Counted from the stretch's first letter, positions 22,216-33,125 are shown. The stretch: DNA of 64,000 bases from an uncultured Chloroflexia bacterium (GCA_963796715.1 CAWCMN010000009.1:198546-262545), one strand, 5' to 3'. Numbers and translations: made by a program. The notes: generated by a model from the letters alone, not told the origin.

Positions 22216-23062
22216 CGTGATGGACCCGGCCGCGGGGCTGGCGCTGGCGACCGAAGGGCTGGGCTTCGTGTACCCCGACGGCACCCGGGCGCTCGACGGC
22301 GTGGACCTGCGCATCGCCGCCGGGGAGCAAGTCGCGCTGATCGGCCAGAACGGATCCGGCAAGTCCACGCTCGTGCGCCATTTCGACGGCCTGCTACGCG
22401 CCACTCAGGGTCGCGTCCTGGTCGGCGGCGAGCCCGTCGGCCGGCGCCATGTCGCCGACCTGGCCCGGCTGGTGGGCATCGTCTTCCAGAACCCGGACCG
22501 CCAGATCTTCGCCGGCCGGGTCCGCGCGGAGGTCGCCTTCGGCCCGCACAACCTGGGCGTTCGGGGCAGCGAGCTCGACGAGCGGGTGGGGGCGGCCCTC
22601 CAGGCGGTCGGGCTGGCCGGGTCGGAAACGGCCAATCCATACGACCTGGGCTACTCGCGGCGCAAGCTGCTCGGCATGGCCTCGGTGCTGGCGATGGCGA
22701 CGCCGGCCGTCATCCTCGATGAGCCCACGACCGGGCAGGACGCGCGGGGCGTCGCCCGGGTGCGCGAGATCGTCGCCGCGCTGGCCGCAGCCGGCCGCAC
22801 CGTGGTGGCCATCAGCCACGACATGACCTTCGCGGCCGAGGTCTTCCCGCGCCTCGTCGTCATGCGCGCCGGGCGCGTGATCCTGGACGGCCCGCCCGCC
22901 GAGGTGTTCGCCGAGGCGAACTGGCCGACCCTGGCGACGACCTACCTTGACCCGCCGCTGGCCGCCCGCGAGGGCTCCCGCCTGGGTCTTGGTTCCACGC
23001 CCACGGAGGCGAGCCTCATCGCCGCCCTGCGAGCGCGGCGACGCGCGCCATGGCCTAGGTGA
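22208..23062 (+). CDS. ECF transporter energy-coupling ATPase EcfA' (second ABC)
   Basis: Walker A GQNGSGKST, Q-loop and Walker B ILDEPTTGQD, H-loop SHDM. 284 aa. Start is uncertain (TTG 22208, GTG 22217 or ATG 22220). Confidence 0.8.
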   Translation: MADVMDPAAGLALATEGLGFVYPDGTRALDGVDLRIAAGEQVALIGQNGSGKSTLVRHFDGLLRATQGRVLVGGEPVGRRHVADLARLVGIVFQNPDRQIFAGRVRAEVAFGPHNLGVRGSELDERVGAALQAVGLAGSETANPYDLGYSRRKLLGMASVLAMATPAVILDEPTTGQDARGVARVREIVAALAAAGRTVVAISHDMTFAAEVFPRLVVMRAGRVILDGPPAEVFAEANWPTLATTYLDPPLAAREGSRLGLGSTPTEASLIAALRARRRAPWPR

Positions 23063-23495
23063 GCTCCAGCGGGACCTCGGTGATCGTGCCGTCCAGGATC
23101 GTCCAGGCCCGTACCTCGGGCGCGTCCGGGTCCCGCAACGAACACAGCAGGTAGAGCGCGTCGGGGTAGGCCGCCAGCCGGACGTCGGTGGCGGAGGGTC
23201 GTGGCTGGCTCGCGACGTGGGAGTGGAAGATGCCCCACACGACGTCGTCGGCGTCGTCGATGGCGAGCATCACCTTGAGCTGCTCGACCGGGTCGATCTG
23301 GTAGAAGAAGGGCGAGGCGGCCGCGTTGCGCAGGCCGTGGAAGGCGGTCGCCGCGCCGCCGTCGAACGCGCTCCGCGGCCCGGCCAGGATGCCGCACGCC
23401 TCGTTCGGCATGGCCGCGCGCGACCAGGCCACGAGTTCGTCACGCAGGGTCGCCGGCAGGTGGGCGACCGCCGGTGACGCCGCCGGGCTCACCAC
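23055..23495 (-). CDS. Mec+/JAMM (MPN) metalloprotease associated with CysO
   Basis: JAMM motif HSHVASQPRPSATD (HxHx7Sx2D) and an N-terminal EACGIL glutamate. It overlaps the cysM 3' end. Start is approximate (GTG near 23495). Confidence 0.75.
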   Translation of the reverse strand: MVSPAASPAVAHLPATLRDELVAWSRAAMPNEACGILAGPRSAFDGGAATAFHGLRNAAASPFFYQIDPVEQLKVMLAIDDADDVVWGIFHSHVASQPRPSATDVRLAAYPDALYLLCSLRDPDAPEVRAWTILDGTITEVPLELT

Positions 23496-24445
23496 CAGTT
23501 GCGCGTCTCCGCGTCGGCCTCGAGCTCGGCCAGGTCGCGCGTCCACAGGCCGTCCGACAGGTACTTCCAGCCGCCGTCGGCGAGCAGCAGCACGAGCGTG
23601 CCGCGCTCCATCGTCTCGGCGACGCGGCGGGCCGCCACGAGGACCGCGCCGGACGACACGCCGCCCAGGATGCCCTCCCGCTCAAGCAGCGCCCGCAGGC
23701 CGCGGATGGCGTCGCTGCTCGAGACCAGGAAGCGGCCGTCGAGCATCGTGGTGTCCAGGATCTCGGGCACGAAGCCGTCGGCCAGCGACCGCAGGCCCTG
23801 GACCTGCTCGCCGGGCAGCGGCTCGGCGGCGATGAGGCGCACGGCCGGGTTGGCCTCGCGCAGGCGGCGGCCGGCGCCCATGAGCGTCCCGCCCGTGCCA
23901 AGCCCGGCCACGAAGACGTCGACCTCCGGGCAGGCGGCCAGGATCTCCGGGCCGGTGGTCTCGTAGTGGGCGCGCGGGTTGGCGGCGTTGGCGTACTGGT
24001 CGGCCATCACGTACCGGTCGTCCTGGGCCGCCAGGCGCCGGGCGAGCGCGATCGCACCGTTGGAGCCGAGCGTCCCCGGCGACTCGATGATCTCAGCGCC
24101 GTAGAGCGTCAGGAGCTGCCGCCGCTCCTGTGTGACGTTGTCGGGCAGGACGACCGTCAAGGGGTGACCGTGGCGCCGGGCCAGCATGGCCATGGCGATG
24201 CCGGTGTTGCCGCTGGTCGCCTCCAGGATCGACACGCCCGGCCGGAGACGGCCGGACGACTCGAGGTCGGCCAGGAGGGCCCGCGCGATGCGGTCCTTGA
24301 CCGATCCGCTCGGGTTGAGGCCCTCCAGCTTGGCCAGCAGCCGCACGCCGGGGCGCGGCGACAGGGCGGGCAGCTCCACGAGCGGCGTGTGCCCGATGGC
24401 CGTCTCGATCGAGTCGAAGCGCGGGGCCCCGACCTCCGCCGGCAT
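23489..24445 (-). CDS. cysM: O-phosphoserine sulfhydrylase / cysteine synthase, CysM-type (CysO-dependent)
   Basis: PLP lysine in SVKDR. TSGNTG and GLGTGGT loops. 318 aa from the ATG in the frame of the ORF ending 24571. Confidence 0.85.
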   Translation of the reverse strand: MPAEVGAPRFDSIETAIGHTPLVELPALSPRPGVRLLAKLEGLNPSGSVKDRIARALLADLESSGRLRPGVSILEATSGNTGIAMAMLARRHGHPLTVVLPDNVTQERRQLLTLYGAEIIESPGTLGSNGAIALARRLAAQDDRYVMADQYANAANPRAHYETTGPEILAACPEVDVFVAGLGTGGTLMGAGRRLREANPAVRLIAAEPLPGEQVQGLRSLADGFVPEILDTTMLDGRFLVSSSDAIRGLRALLEREGILGGVSSGAVLVAARRVAETMERGTLVLLLADGGWKYLSDGLWTRDLAELEADAETRNWW

Positions 24446-24464
24446 CAGCACCGGCGTCTCGGGC

Positions 24465-24740
24465 TCAGGCACCGCCGGCCATCGCGGGCAGGATGGTGAT
24501 CGTGTCGCGCTCCGTGACGGGGGTCGCCAGGGCGTCCAGGTACCGCACGTCCTGGTCGTTGAGGTACACATTCACGAAGCGGTGCAGCTCGCCGTCAGCC
24601 GAGAGCAGCTGGCCGCGCAGGGCCGGATGCATCGCCACGAGGGCCTCCAGCACGGCGCCGACCGTGGCGCCTTCCACGCTGAGCTGCTTCTGGTCGCCGG
24701 CCGACGCGCGCAGGACGGGCGGGATGCGGACGGTGCTCAC
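24465..24740 (-). CDS. cysO: ThiS/MoaD-like sulfur carrier CysO, C-terminus ...AMAGGA
   Basis: 91 aa with a ubiquitin-like fold signature and a C-terminal Gly-Gly followed by one extra Ala. It lies between the adenylyltransferase and cysM. Confidence 0.75.
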   Translation of the reverse strand: MSTVRIPPVLRASAGDQKQLSVEGATVGAVLEALVAMHPALRGQLLSADGELHRFVNVYLNDQDVRYLDALATPVTERDTITILPAMAGGA

Positions 24741-25906
24741 GCCCGTGCCCCCACGCTCGCCGCGACCGCGGCGGCTGGCCGGCCAAGGGCCGCCCGTGCG
24801 GCATCGCCGCAGGCCGGGCAGGCCGGGTCGCGCCGCAGATGCAGCTCCTGGAACGTCCCGTCGAGCGAGTCATAGATGAGCAGCCGGCCGACGTACGTCT
24901 CGCCGATGCCCAGCAGCAGCTTCAGCGCCTCGGTCGCCTGGAGCAGGCCCATCGTGCCGGGCACCACGCCGAGCACGCCCGCGACCGAGCACCCCGGCGC
25001 CAGCTCGGGCGGCGGGGGCGTCGGGTAGAGGCAGCGGTAGCACGGCCCCTCGAACGGCACGAACGTCGTCAGCTGGCCCTCGAAACGGAAGACCGAGGCG
25101 TGCACGACGGGGATGCCCGCTCGCACGGCGGCGTCGTTGAGGCTGTAGCGCGTCTCGAAGGTGTCGGTGCCGTCGAGGATCACGTCGTAGCCCGAGATGA
25201 TTGTGTCGACGTTGTCGTCGGTCAGCATCACGTCGTGGGGCAGGACGCGCACCCCGGGGTTGAGGGCATGGATGGCGGTGGCGGCTGAACTCACCTTGGA
25301 CTGGCCAAGGCGATCGACCGTGTGGACGACCTGGCGTTGGAGGTTCGACTCGTCGACCACGTCGAAGTCGACGATGCCGATCGTGCCGACCCCGGCGGCG
25401 GCCAGGTAGAGCAGCCCCGAGGCGCCCAGGCCCCCCGCCCCGATGAACAGGACGCGCGACTGGAGCAGCTTGGCCTGCCCGCTGACGCCCACTTCGGGGA
25501 TCAGGAGGTGCCGGCTGTAGCGCTGCTGCTGGGCCGGCGTGAGGGAGATGGGCGCCTCGACCGGTCGGCCCTCCTGGCGCCAGGCTTCGATGCCGCCGGC
25601 CATCGACGCGACATCCTCGTAGCCAAGCAGCTGGAGGGTGCGGGCGCCGGCGAGCGAGCGCACGCCCGACGCGCAGTAGACGACCACCGGCCGGGCCTTG
25701 TCGGGCGCGGCCAGGGTGATGCGCTCCTCGAGCCGGCCGAGCGGCACGAAGAGGGCTCCCGGCAGGTGCCCGCCTTCCCACTCGTGGGGCTCGCGGACGT
25801 CGAGCATCAGGGCGCCCGTGGCCGCCCGCTCGGCCGCGGCCGCCGGCGTCGTCTGGGGCACGGTTTCGCGGGCTTCTCGCAGGAGCTCGGCGTAGGTCTT
25901 GGTCAT
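24737..25906 (-). CDS. MoeZ/MoeB-like sulfur-carrier adenylyltransferase with N-terminal rhodanese domain
   Basis: Rhodanese at the N-terminus (LDVREPHEWEGGHLPGA, active-site VYCASGVRS). ThiF/E1 domain follows (LFIGAGGLGASGLLYLAAAGVG, CYRCLYP, CPACG). Its stop overlaps the cysO start (ATGA). Confidence 0.8.
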   Translation of the reverse strand: MTKTYAELLREARETVPQTTPAAAAERAATGALMLDVREPHEWEGGHLPGALFVPLGRLEERITLAAPDKARPVVVYCASGVRSLAGARTLQLLGYEDVASMAGGIEAWRQEGRPVEAPISLTPAQQQRYSRHLLIPEVGVSGQAKLLQSRVLFIGAGGLGASGLLYLAAAGVGTIGIVDFDVVDESNLQRQVVHTVDRLGQSKVSSAATAIHALNPGVRVLPHDVMLTDDNVDTIISGYDVILDGTDTFETRYSLNDAAVRAGIPVVHASVFRFEGQLTTFVPFEGPCYRCLYPTPPPPELAPGCSVAGVLGVVPGTMGLLQATEALKLLLGIGETYVGRLLIYDSLDGTFQELHLRRDPACPACGDAARAALGRPAAAVAASVGARA

Positions 25907-26029
25907 GGGTCAGGTGTTCCTCGGGGTCGCGTTGGTCGGGGGGTGAAGGGCCGACGTCGTACGTCGGGCGACAGGGGAGCGCCGGCGATCAGGCCGGCGG
26001 GCGACACCTGCAGCTCACCGGGCGGGCGG

Positions 26030-26440
26030 TCATGCCGGCACGTCCTGGGCTTCGGGCAGGGTCGGCCAGGCGACGCGGTCGCCGACGCCCTTGCGCAGCG
26101 TCTCAAGGGAGAGCATGGCGCACTTCAGGCGGGCCGGGCTGATCTCGATGCCCAGGTTGTCCAGGACGTCCTGCCGGCTCAGGCGGGCCAGGTCGGCCAG
26201 CGGCTTGCCCTTGATCTCATCGGTCAGCATGGAGGCGCTGGCCTGGCTGATGGCGCAACCACGGCCGGTGAAGGCGACCTCGTCGATGACGCCGTCCTCG
26301 CCGATCCCCAGCATCAGCGTGATCCGGTCACCGCACAGCGGGTTCGAACCCTCCTGCACCACGTCCGGCTCGGTCAGCGTGCCGAAGTTGTGGGGGTGGC
26401 GGTAGTGCTCCAGGATCTCGTCGCGGTAGAGGTCGTCCAT
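26030..26440 (-). CDS. sufU: SufU/IscU-like Fe-S cluster assembly scaffold / sulfur acceptor
   Basis: NPLCGD and GCAIS cysteine motifs. 136 aa. Confidence 0.8.
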   Translation of the reverse strand: MDDLYRDEILEHYRHPHNFGTLTEPDVVQEGSNPLCGDRITLMLGIGEDGVIDEVAFTGRGCAISQASASMLTDEIKGKPLADLARLSRQDVLDNLGIEISPARLKCAMLSLETLRKGVGDRVAWPTLPEAQDVPA

Positions 26441-26463
26441 CGTCGTGCTCAGTATGCCGTCGC

Positions 26464-27756
26464 TCAGGCCGCGCCGCCGGTGGGCCGGTCGAAGATGCGC
26501 TGGACCCGGGCGAGCCCGGAGGCGAGCCGCTCGATGTCGTCCCGGTCGCTGTAGATGTTGAAGCTCGCACGAGCGGTGGCGGCTTCGCCCAGACGCTCGT
26601 GCAGCGGCTGTGTGCAGTGGTGGCCGGCCCGTACGGCGATCGCCTCGCGGTCCAGGAGCGTCGCCACGTCATGGGCGTGGACCGTCGGCAGGTTGAACGT
26701 CACCACGCCGCCCCGTTCACCGGGATCGAGCGGGCCGTACAGCCGCAGGTCGGGCACCTCCTGCGGCAGCAGGTCCAGGGCGTAGGCGACCAGTTCGCGC
26801 TCGTGGGCCCGCACGGCGGCCATGCCGATGCCCTCGAGGTACTCGATGGCGGCGCCGAGTCCGATGGCCGCCGCGATGTCGGGGGTCCCGGCCTCGAACT
26901 TCCACGGGACGTCGTTGAACTCCGTGCGGCGCAGGTGGACCTCGCGGATCATCTCGCCGCCGGCCATGAACGGGGGCATCGATTCCAGCAGCTCGCGCCG
27001 CGCCCAGAGGGCGCCCGAGCCGGTCGGACCCAGGGTCTTGTGGCCGCTGAAGACGTAGAAGTCGCAGCCCAGGGCCTGGACGTCGACCGGCAGGTGGGGC
27101 ACCGCCTGCGCCCCGTCGACCAGGACCATCGCGCCGACGGCGTGGGCCGCCTCCACCATCTCGCGCACCGGGTTGATCGTCCCTAGGCCGTTCGAGACAT
27201 GGGTGAAGGCCACGAGGCGAGGCTTCGTGCGCAGGAGCGCCTCGTACGTGGCCTGGAGCAGGCGGCCCTCGTCGTCGATGGGCACGAACTCCAGGTCCGC
27301 GTCGCGCTCCTGGGCCAGGAGCTGCCAGGGCACGAGGTTGCTGTGGTGCTCCAGCTCCGTGAGCACGATCGTGTCGCCCGAGTGGATGTGCTGCCGGCCC
27401 CAGGTATAGGCGACGAGGTTGATGGCCTCGGTGGCGTTGCGCACGAAGACGATCTCGTGGCGGTCGGCGGCGTTGATGAAGCGGGCGACGGCGGTCCGCG
27501 CCCCTTCATAGGCTGCGGTCGCTTCTTCGCCGATGGTGTAGATGCCGCGGTGCACGTTGGCCGAGTAGCGGCTGTTGTAGCCGTCCACGGCATCGATGAC
27601 GGCGCGCGGCTTGAGCGACGTCGCGGCCGAGTCCAGGTAGGCCAGCCGCCGGCCGCCGAAGTCGCGCTCGAAGATCGGGAAGTCGGCCCGGATCGCGACC
27701 GGGTCGAGTCGCGCGACGGCCGTCGCCGTGGCACTCGCCGACGGGCGCGTTGGTCG
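26464..27756 (-). CDS. sufS: cysteine desulfurase SufS (class II aminotransferase V); 5' end out of frame with the only plausible start
   Basis: Body motifs: PLP lysine in SGHKTLGPTGSG, RAGHHC, and N-terminal LDPVAIRADFPIFERDF...AYLDSAATS. The body frame runs straight up to the sufC stop codon TGA (27757-27759) with no ATG/GTG/TTG. An ATG at 27760 (ATGA overlap) is in the +1 frame. Confidence 0.7.
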   Translation of the reverse strand, partial: RPTRPSASATATAVARLDPVAIRADFPIFERDFGGRRLAYLDSAATSLKPRAVIDAVDGYNSRYSANVHRGIYTIGEEATAAYEGARTAVARFINAADRHEIVFVRNATEAINLVAYTWGRQHIHSGDTIVLTELEHHSNLVPWQLLAQERDADLEFVPIDDEGRLLQATYEALLRTKPRLVAFTHVSNGLGTINPVREMVEAAHAVGAMVLVDGAQAVPHLPVDVQALGCDFYVFSGHKTLGPTGSGALWARRELLESMPPFMAGGEMIREVHLRRTEFNDVPWKFEAGTPDIAAAIGLGAAIEYLEGIGMAAVRAHERELVAYALDLLPQEVPDLRLYGPLDPGERGGVVTFNLPTVHAHDVATLLDREAIAVRAGHHCTQPLHERLGEAATARASFNIYSDRDDIERLASGLARVQRIFDRPTGGAA

Positions 27757-28671
<915 letters not shown>

Positions 28672-28726
28672 GGAAGTCGGGACTCCTTAGGTGGATCGGC
28701 AGCCGGCCTGGCCGGCCGTCTGGTGG

Positions 28727-29227
28727 TCAGGGTGTGGGGATCGCCAGCTCATGCTCGGCATGGACCACGACGGGGTCGGTCCCCGTCCCGGCGTGGAACG
28801 GGTGGGCGGTGCTGCGGGGATGCGTCAGGTCGGCCAGAGTCACCGAGTCGAGGGCCCCGGCGACGGCCTCGCGGACCTTCATCCAGAGTGGGTTGACGGT
28901 GCAGAACGCCGTGCGATCACACGCCGCGGCATGGATGGGGTCCTCGCTGGCACAGACCATCGGGGCGAGTGGGCCCTCCAGCGCTCGGATGACCTCGCTC
29001 ATGCGGATGGCGTCAGGTTCGCGCGTCAGGGCATAACCGCCGTGGGCGCCACGGGTGCTGGTGACGAGGCCGGCGTCACGCAGGCTCACCACGAGTTGCT
29101 CCAGGTAGGGTCGGGGCAGCTCCTCGTGGTCGGCGATCTCGGCCAGGCTGACCGGGCCGTCGCCGCCGTGACGGGCGAGCTCCACCATCAGCCGCACGCC
29201 GTACTCGCCGCGCGTCGAGAAGTGGAC
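28727..29227 (-). CDS. Rrf2 family transcriptional regulator (IscR/SufR-like)
   Basis: Rrf2 wHTH (YGVRLMVELARH...VSLAEIA) and a C-x-x-C.. cysteine cluster (VCASEDPIHAAAC...FC). GTG start near 29227. Confidence 0.7.
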   Translation of the reverse strand, partial: VHFSTRGEYGVRLMVELARHGGDGPVSLAEIADHEELPRPYLEQLVVSLRDAGLVTSTRGAHGGYALTREPDAIRMSEVIRALEGPLAPMVCASEDPIHAAACDRTAFCTVNPLWMKVREAVAGALDSVTLADLTHPRSTAHPFHAGTGTDPVVVHAEHELAIPTP

Positions 29228-29280
29228 CGCTCCCGAGGTGGGGAAGATGCTGCGCAAGGCCGAGATGTCGCTCCGAGCTA

Positions 29281-29304
29281 AATCCGACGGATTCCGTCGG
29301 GATT
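29281..29304. promoter_or_regulatory. near-perfect palindrome AATCCGACGGATTCCGTCGGGATT upstream of the Rrf2 gene; candidate Rrf2 operator
   Basis: Inverted repeat CCGACGG-ATT-CCGTCGG seen directly, ~55 nt upstream of the regulator start. Confidence 0.4.
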
Positions 29305-29429
29305 AGTCTAGCCACCGAGGCGGCTCGCCGCAACTGCGAGAGGGGGTAGGGGGTCAGTTGACCCCCTGCCAGGTGCCGGTGAGAAGGTGGCGACGGCCGG
29401 CCACGGCCGGCCGTCGCCGATGATCGGGC

Positions 29430-30718
29430 TCAGGGCGCGAGGCGCTGCCAGGCGGGATCGCCTTCGGCGACCCACGGGATGGGGAGCGTGGCTCCGGTCG
29501 CGGGGTCGAGCAGGAGTTGCGGCGCTGTGACGTTGGACAGGTTCTCTGGGCTCACCAGGATCGACCGGTCGTCGGGTGCCCACGCCATGACGTTGTCACA
29601 ACAGCCCGTCAGGCCGCGAGCGCTCTCCACGCCCACGCCTGACCCATCGGCCGGGAGCACCGCCAGGGTCATCGCCTGGTTGAATGCCGAGTACCCACGG
29701 ACGATGACGAGGTTGGTGCTGTCATTCGACCAGGCCGGGGCGTCCTGGAAGGTCGCACCCTGGGGCATCGGCAGGATGATGTCTCGGGACCCGTCGATCG
29801 CGGCCACGTGGACGCGGTACGAGTTCCCCGCAGGATCGACCGTCGAGGCGACGTAGACGACGCGCGACCCGTCAGGGGCGACACTCACCCGGTCGAGGGT
29901 CACGCCGGCGGACGGCTTGACGATGGTCCTGAGCGTTCCCGTGGCGAGGTCGACCGCGTAGATGCCGCTCCCGGTGTTGTAGCCCGGGTCGGCGGCGAAG
30001 ATGATCTCGGCTCCGTTCGGGGGACCGATACGATGGCTCGCGCACGCTCATGTCGACGTTGATCTGCCGGGCGCCGCTGCCGTCGGCTTTGGCGATCGCA
30101 GAGGTCCGAGTTGGGGTCCGCCCCGACGGTGTAGGCGATCTCGCTCCCGTCGGGGGAGAACGAGTAGCTGGCGAGTTGCGGCTGTCCGGCGGCCGTGATG
30201 GCGATGAGTCGACTGCCGTCGGCGTGAGCCACAAATAGCTGCATTTCGCTGCCGGCGACGACCTGACGCGCGAAGACGAAGCGCGTGCCGTCCCGGGACC
30301 AGACGGGCGCGAGGTCGGTGTCCGAGCCGGTCGTGACGGCCTTCGCGAGCCCCGTCACCGGGTCGACCGCGTAGATGTCACCGCCGCTCGCGTAGGCCAC
30401 GAGCCCGTTCCGGGCGGGCCCGAACGGCGCGGGCAGGTTGGGGCGCCCGCCCACGGCGAGTGCGGCAAGCACCGCCACGAGCAGGGCCACGAGGAGGACG
30501 GCGAGCCCGATCGTGCGCCACGGCAAGCGCCGCACAAGGACGGGCTGACCAGCGAAGTCAACCATGGGGAGCCACCTTTCGAGGATCAACCAGGCCGGCC
30601 GCTGGCGAGTGCGGACGGTCTGTTGGAGGATGTGGTCGCGGTAGGTGGGCATCGAGCCCAGGTAGAGGTCATCCAGGAGGGCCGGCAGGTCCTGCTCGAA
30701 GCGTCGATCGGAACTCAT
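29430..30718 (-). pseudogene. anti-sigma factor with C-terminal TolB-like beta-propeller, interrupted by 2 frameshifts
   Basis: N-terminal cytoplasmic part, one TM (LAVLLVALLVAVLAALAV), then propeller repeats (DGSRLIAIT, SPDGSEIAYT, APDGSRVVYVAS). Reading frame changes near 30090 and 30030. Start overlaps the sigma stop (ATGA at 30715-30718). Confidence 0.6.
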
Positions 30719-31299
30719 GCCGGCTGCCCTCCCGGAACCGTGGCCGTGGCCTCGTGGGCCCCGGCGTCCACCCCGATCCGCATGGCGGTCAGGGCGTAGT
30801 GCAAGCGCGATTTGGCGGTGCCGTAGGGGATGCCCAGGGACACGGCTACCTCAGGCAGCGGCATCCCCAGGAGGTAGTGCAGGGCAACGACGGCTCGATG
30901 GCCCGGATCGAGGCGCCGAAGCGCCATGTCCAGGCGCTCGCGCTCGGCGAACGCGATGGCGTGATCGGGCACGTCGTGGGAATCGAGGGGCGAAAGCTCG
31001 ACCTCGATGGGGCGCCTCCGGCGGCGCCGGACGAGATCAAGACAGGCATTGACGGTGAGGCGGTGCAGCCAGGCGTCGAACCGATCCGGGTCACGAAGCC
31101 CCGGCAGATCGCGCCAGGCTCGGATGAGGCCCTCCTGGACCGCATCCTGGGCCAGGTCCGGGTCACGCAGGATCAGGCGGGCGGCTGCGTCCAGCCGCCG
31201 AAGAGCGCCGTCGACGAGCTTGGCAAAGGCGTCATGATCGCCATGCTTCGCCCGGTCGATGAGCTCTCGTTGATCCACGATCGCCTCGCCTTGCGGCAC
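30715..31299 (-). CDS. ECF (sigma-70 family group IV) RNA polymerase sigma factor
   Basis: Region 2 (DLAQDAVQEGLIRAWR) and region 4 (LPEVAVSLGIPYGTAKSRLHYA). 194 aa. Confidence 0.85.
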   Translation of the reverse strand: MPQGEAIVDQRELIDRAKHGDHDAFAKLVDGALRRLDAAARLILRDPDLAQDAVQEGLIRAWRDLPGLRDPDRFDAWLHRLTVNACLDLVRRRRRRPIEVELSPLDSHDVPDHAIAFAERERLDMALRRLDPGHRAVVALHYLLGMPLPEVAVSLGIPYGTAKSRLHYALTAMRIGVDAGAHEATATVPGGQPA

Positions 31300-31377
31300 G
31301 GCCTGGATGGTCGTGCTCGATAGGGTATGGCGTCGGTATCCCCCGAATCGTTCATCGAGACTCCGGCGCTCCGGCTG

Positions 31378-32169
31378 CTACGCGGCCCGCTCGCGGTCGT
31401 ACAGGCGTCGCGCCCACAGGTAGCCGAGGACCGAGATCCCGACGCACCAGGCGACGGCCACCACCACGCTGGTGCCGATCGGAGTCCCCAGCAGCAGGCC
31501 GCGCACGGTCTCGACGATCGGCGTGAACGGCTGGTACTGGGCGAACCAGGCCAGCGGCCCCGGCATCGAGTCGGTCGGGACGAAGCCGCTGCTCAGGAAC
31601 AGCAGCAGGATGAGGATCATGGGCGTGTTGCTGGCGGTCTCGACGCTGTTGGCGGCCATGCCAAGGGCGACCGAGAGCCAGGAGACGGCCAGCGCGATGA
31701 GCGCGAGCAGGCCGGCCGCCGCGAGCCACTCGGCGGGGCCGGTCGTGGCACGGAACCCGATCAGGACCGCGACGACCATCACGACGGCGATGGCCAGGCC
31801 CGTCTGGATCACGCTGCCCAGGACGTGGCCGGTGAGCACCGAGACGCGGGCGATATCCATCGTGCGGAACCTGGCGATGATGCCCTCGTGCATGTCCATG
31901 GCGACCGAGATCGCGGTGCCCTGGGCGGCACCGACCACGGTCATCAGCAGGATCCCCGGGATGACGTACGCGATGTACGCGGCACGACCCCCGGCGACCT
32001 GCCCGAGGCCGGTCCCGAGCGTGCCGCCGAACACGTACACGAACAGCAGCAGCAGCACGACCGGCAGGCCCACGACGAACATGGTCAGCGACGGGTAGCG
32101 ACGCATGCGGCGGAGGTTGCGTCGCAGCATCGTCGCCGAGTCGGCGACGACGAGGGGGTATGCGGTCAT
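31378..32169 (-). CDS. ABC-2 type transporter permease
   Basis: 263 aa with 6 TM and an ABC-2 signature. Its start overlaps the ATPase stop (ATGA). Confidence 0.8.
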   Translation of the reverse strand: MTAYPLVVADSATMLRRNLRRMRRYPSLTMFVVGLPVVLLLLFVYVFGGTLGTGLGQVAGGRAAYIAYVIPGILLMTVVGAAQGTAISVAMDMHEGIIARFRTMDIARVSVLTGHVLGSVIQTGLAIAVVMVVAVLIGFRATTGPAEWLAAAGLLALIALAVSWLSVALGMAANSVETASNTPMILILLLFLSSGFVPTDSMPGPLAWFAQYQPFTPIVETVRGLLLGTPIGTSVVVAVAWCVGISVLGYLWARRLYDRERAA

Positions 32170-33125
32170 GAGATGGCCACCTTCTCTTCATGGGCGTCGC
32201 CGGTGAGCGACAGGAAGACATCGTCGAGGTCCGGGGTCTGAAGCGAGAGGGCGTCGACGGCGATCGAATCGGCATCGAGCTTGTCCAGGAGGGCGCGCAG
32301 CGAGCGCACCCCGCCGTCCCCGGGGACCTGGAGCGTCAGCGACTCGTCGTCGCGCGCCGCCCCCACGAACGCCCTGGCCGCCCGGTCCAGTTCGGCGGTG
32401 TCGCCGAACGAGAGCCTGATATGGCCGCCGGGGGCCAGGCGCTTCAGCTCGTCCGGAGTCCCCTCGGCGACGAGCACGCCCCGGTCGAGCACGCCGATCC
32501 GGTCGGCGAGCCGGTCCGCCTCCTCCAGGTATTGCGTCGTGAGGAAGATCGTCACGCCGCCCGCGACGAGTTCCTGGATCGTCTGCCACATGCCCCGGCG
32601 GCTGCGCGGGTCCAGACCGGCCGTCGGCTCGTCAAGGAAGATGACCCGCGGGTCGCCGACGAGCGTCATGGCCAGGTCCAGGCGTCGCCGCATGCCCCCG
32701 GAGTACGTCGATACCGGTCGCCTGGCAGCCTCGACGAGGTCGAATCGCTCGAGCAACTCGGTGACGCGCTGGCGGCCCACGTGCTTGTCCAGGTGGCGGA
32801 GATCGGCCATCAGCTGGAGGTTCTCCTCGCCCGTGAAGAGCGCGTCGACCGCGGAGAACTGGCCGGTGACGCCGATGACCGTGCGGACGGCGTCGGGCTC
32901 ACGGGCCACGTCATGGCCGGCGATGCGGGCCTCTCCGCCGTCGGCGGGGATGAGGGTCGAGAGGATCCGGACCATGGTCGTCTTGCCCGCGCCGTTCGGG
33001 CCAAGGAGGGCGAACACCGTCCCTTCCGCCACAGCCAGGTCGATGCTGTCGAGGACGAGCTGCTTGCCGTAGGACTTGCGCAGGCCGGTCGCCTGGATGG
33101 CGATCCGGGGATCGAGGGTCGTCAC
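32166..33125 (-). CDS. ABC transporter ATP-binding protein (DrrA-like exporter ATPase)
   Basis: [29 protein letters not shown]. 319 aa. Confidence 0.85.
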   Translation of the reverse strand: MTTLDPRIAIQATGLRKSYGKQLVLDSIDLAVAEGTVFALLGPNGAGKTTMVRILSTLIPADGGEARIAGHDVAREPDAVRTVIGVTGQFSAVDALFTGEENLQLMADLRHLDKHVGRQRVTELLERFDLVEAARRPVSTYSGGMRRRLDLAMTLVGDPRVIFLDEPTAGLDPRSRRGMWQTIQELVAGGVTIFLTTQYLEEADRLADRIGVLDRGVLVAEGTPDELKRLAPGGHIRLSFGDTAELDRAARAFVGAARDDESLTLQVPGDGGVRSLRALLDKLDADSIAVDALSLQTPDLDDVFLSLTGDAHEEKVAIS

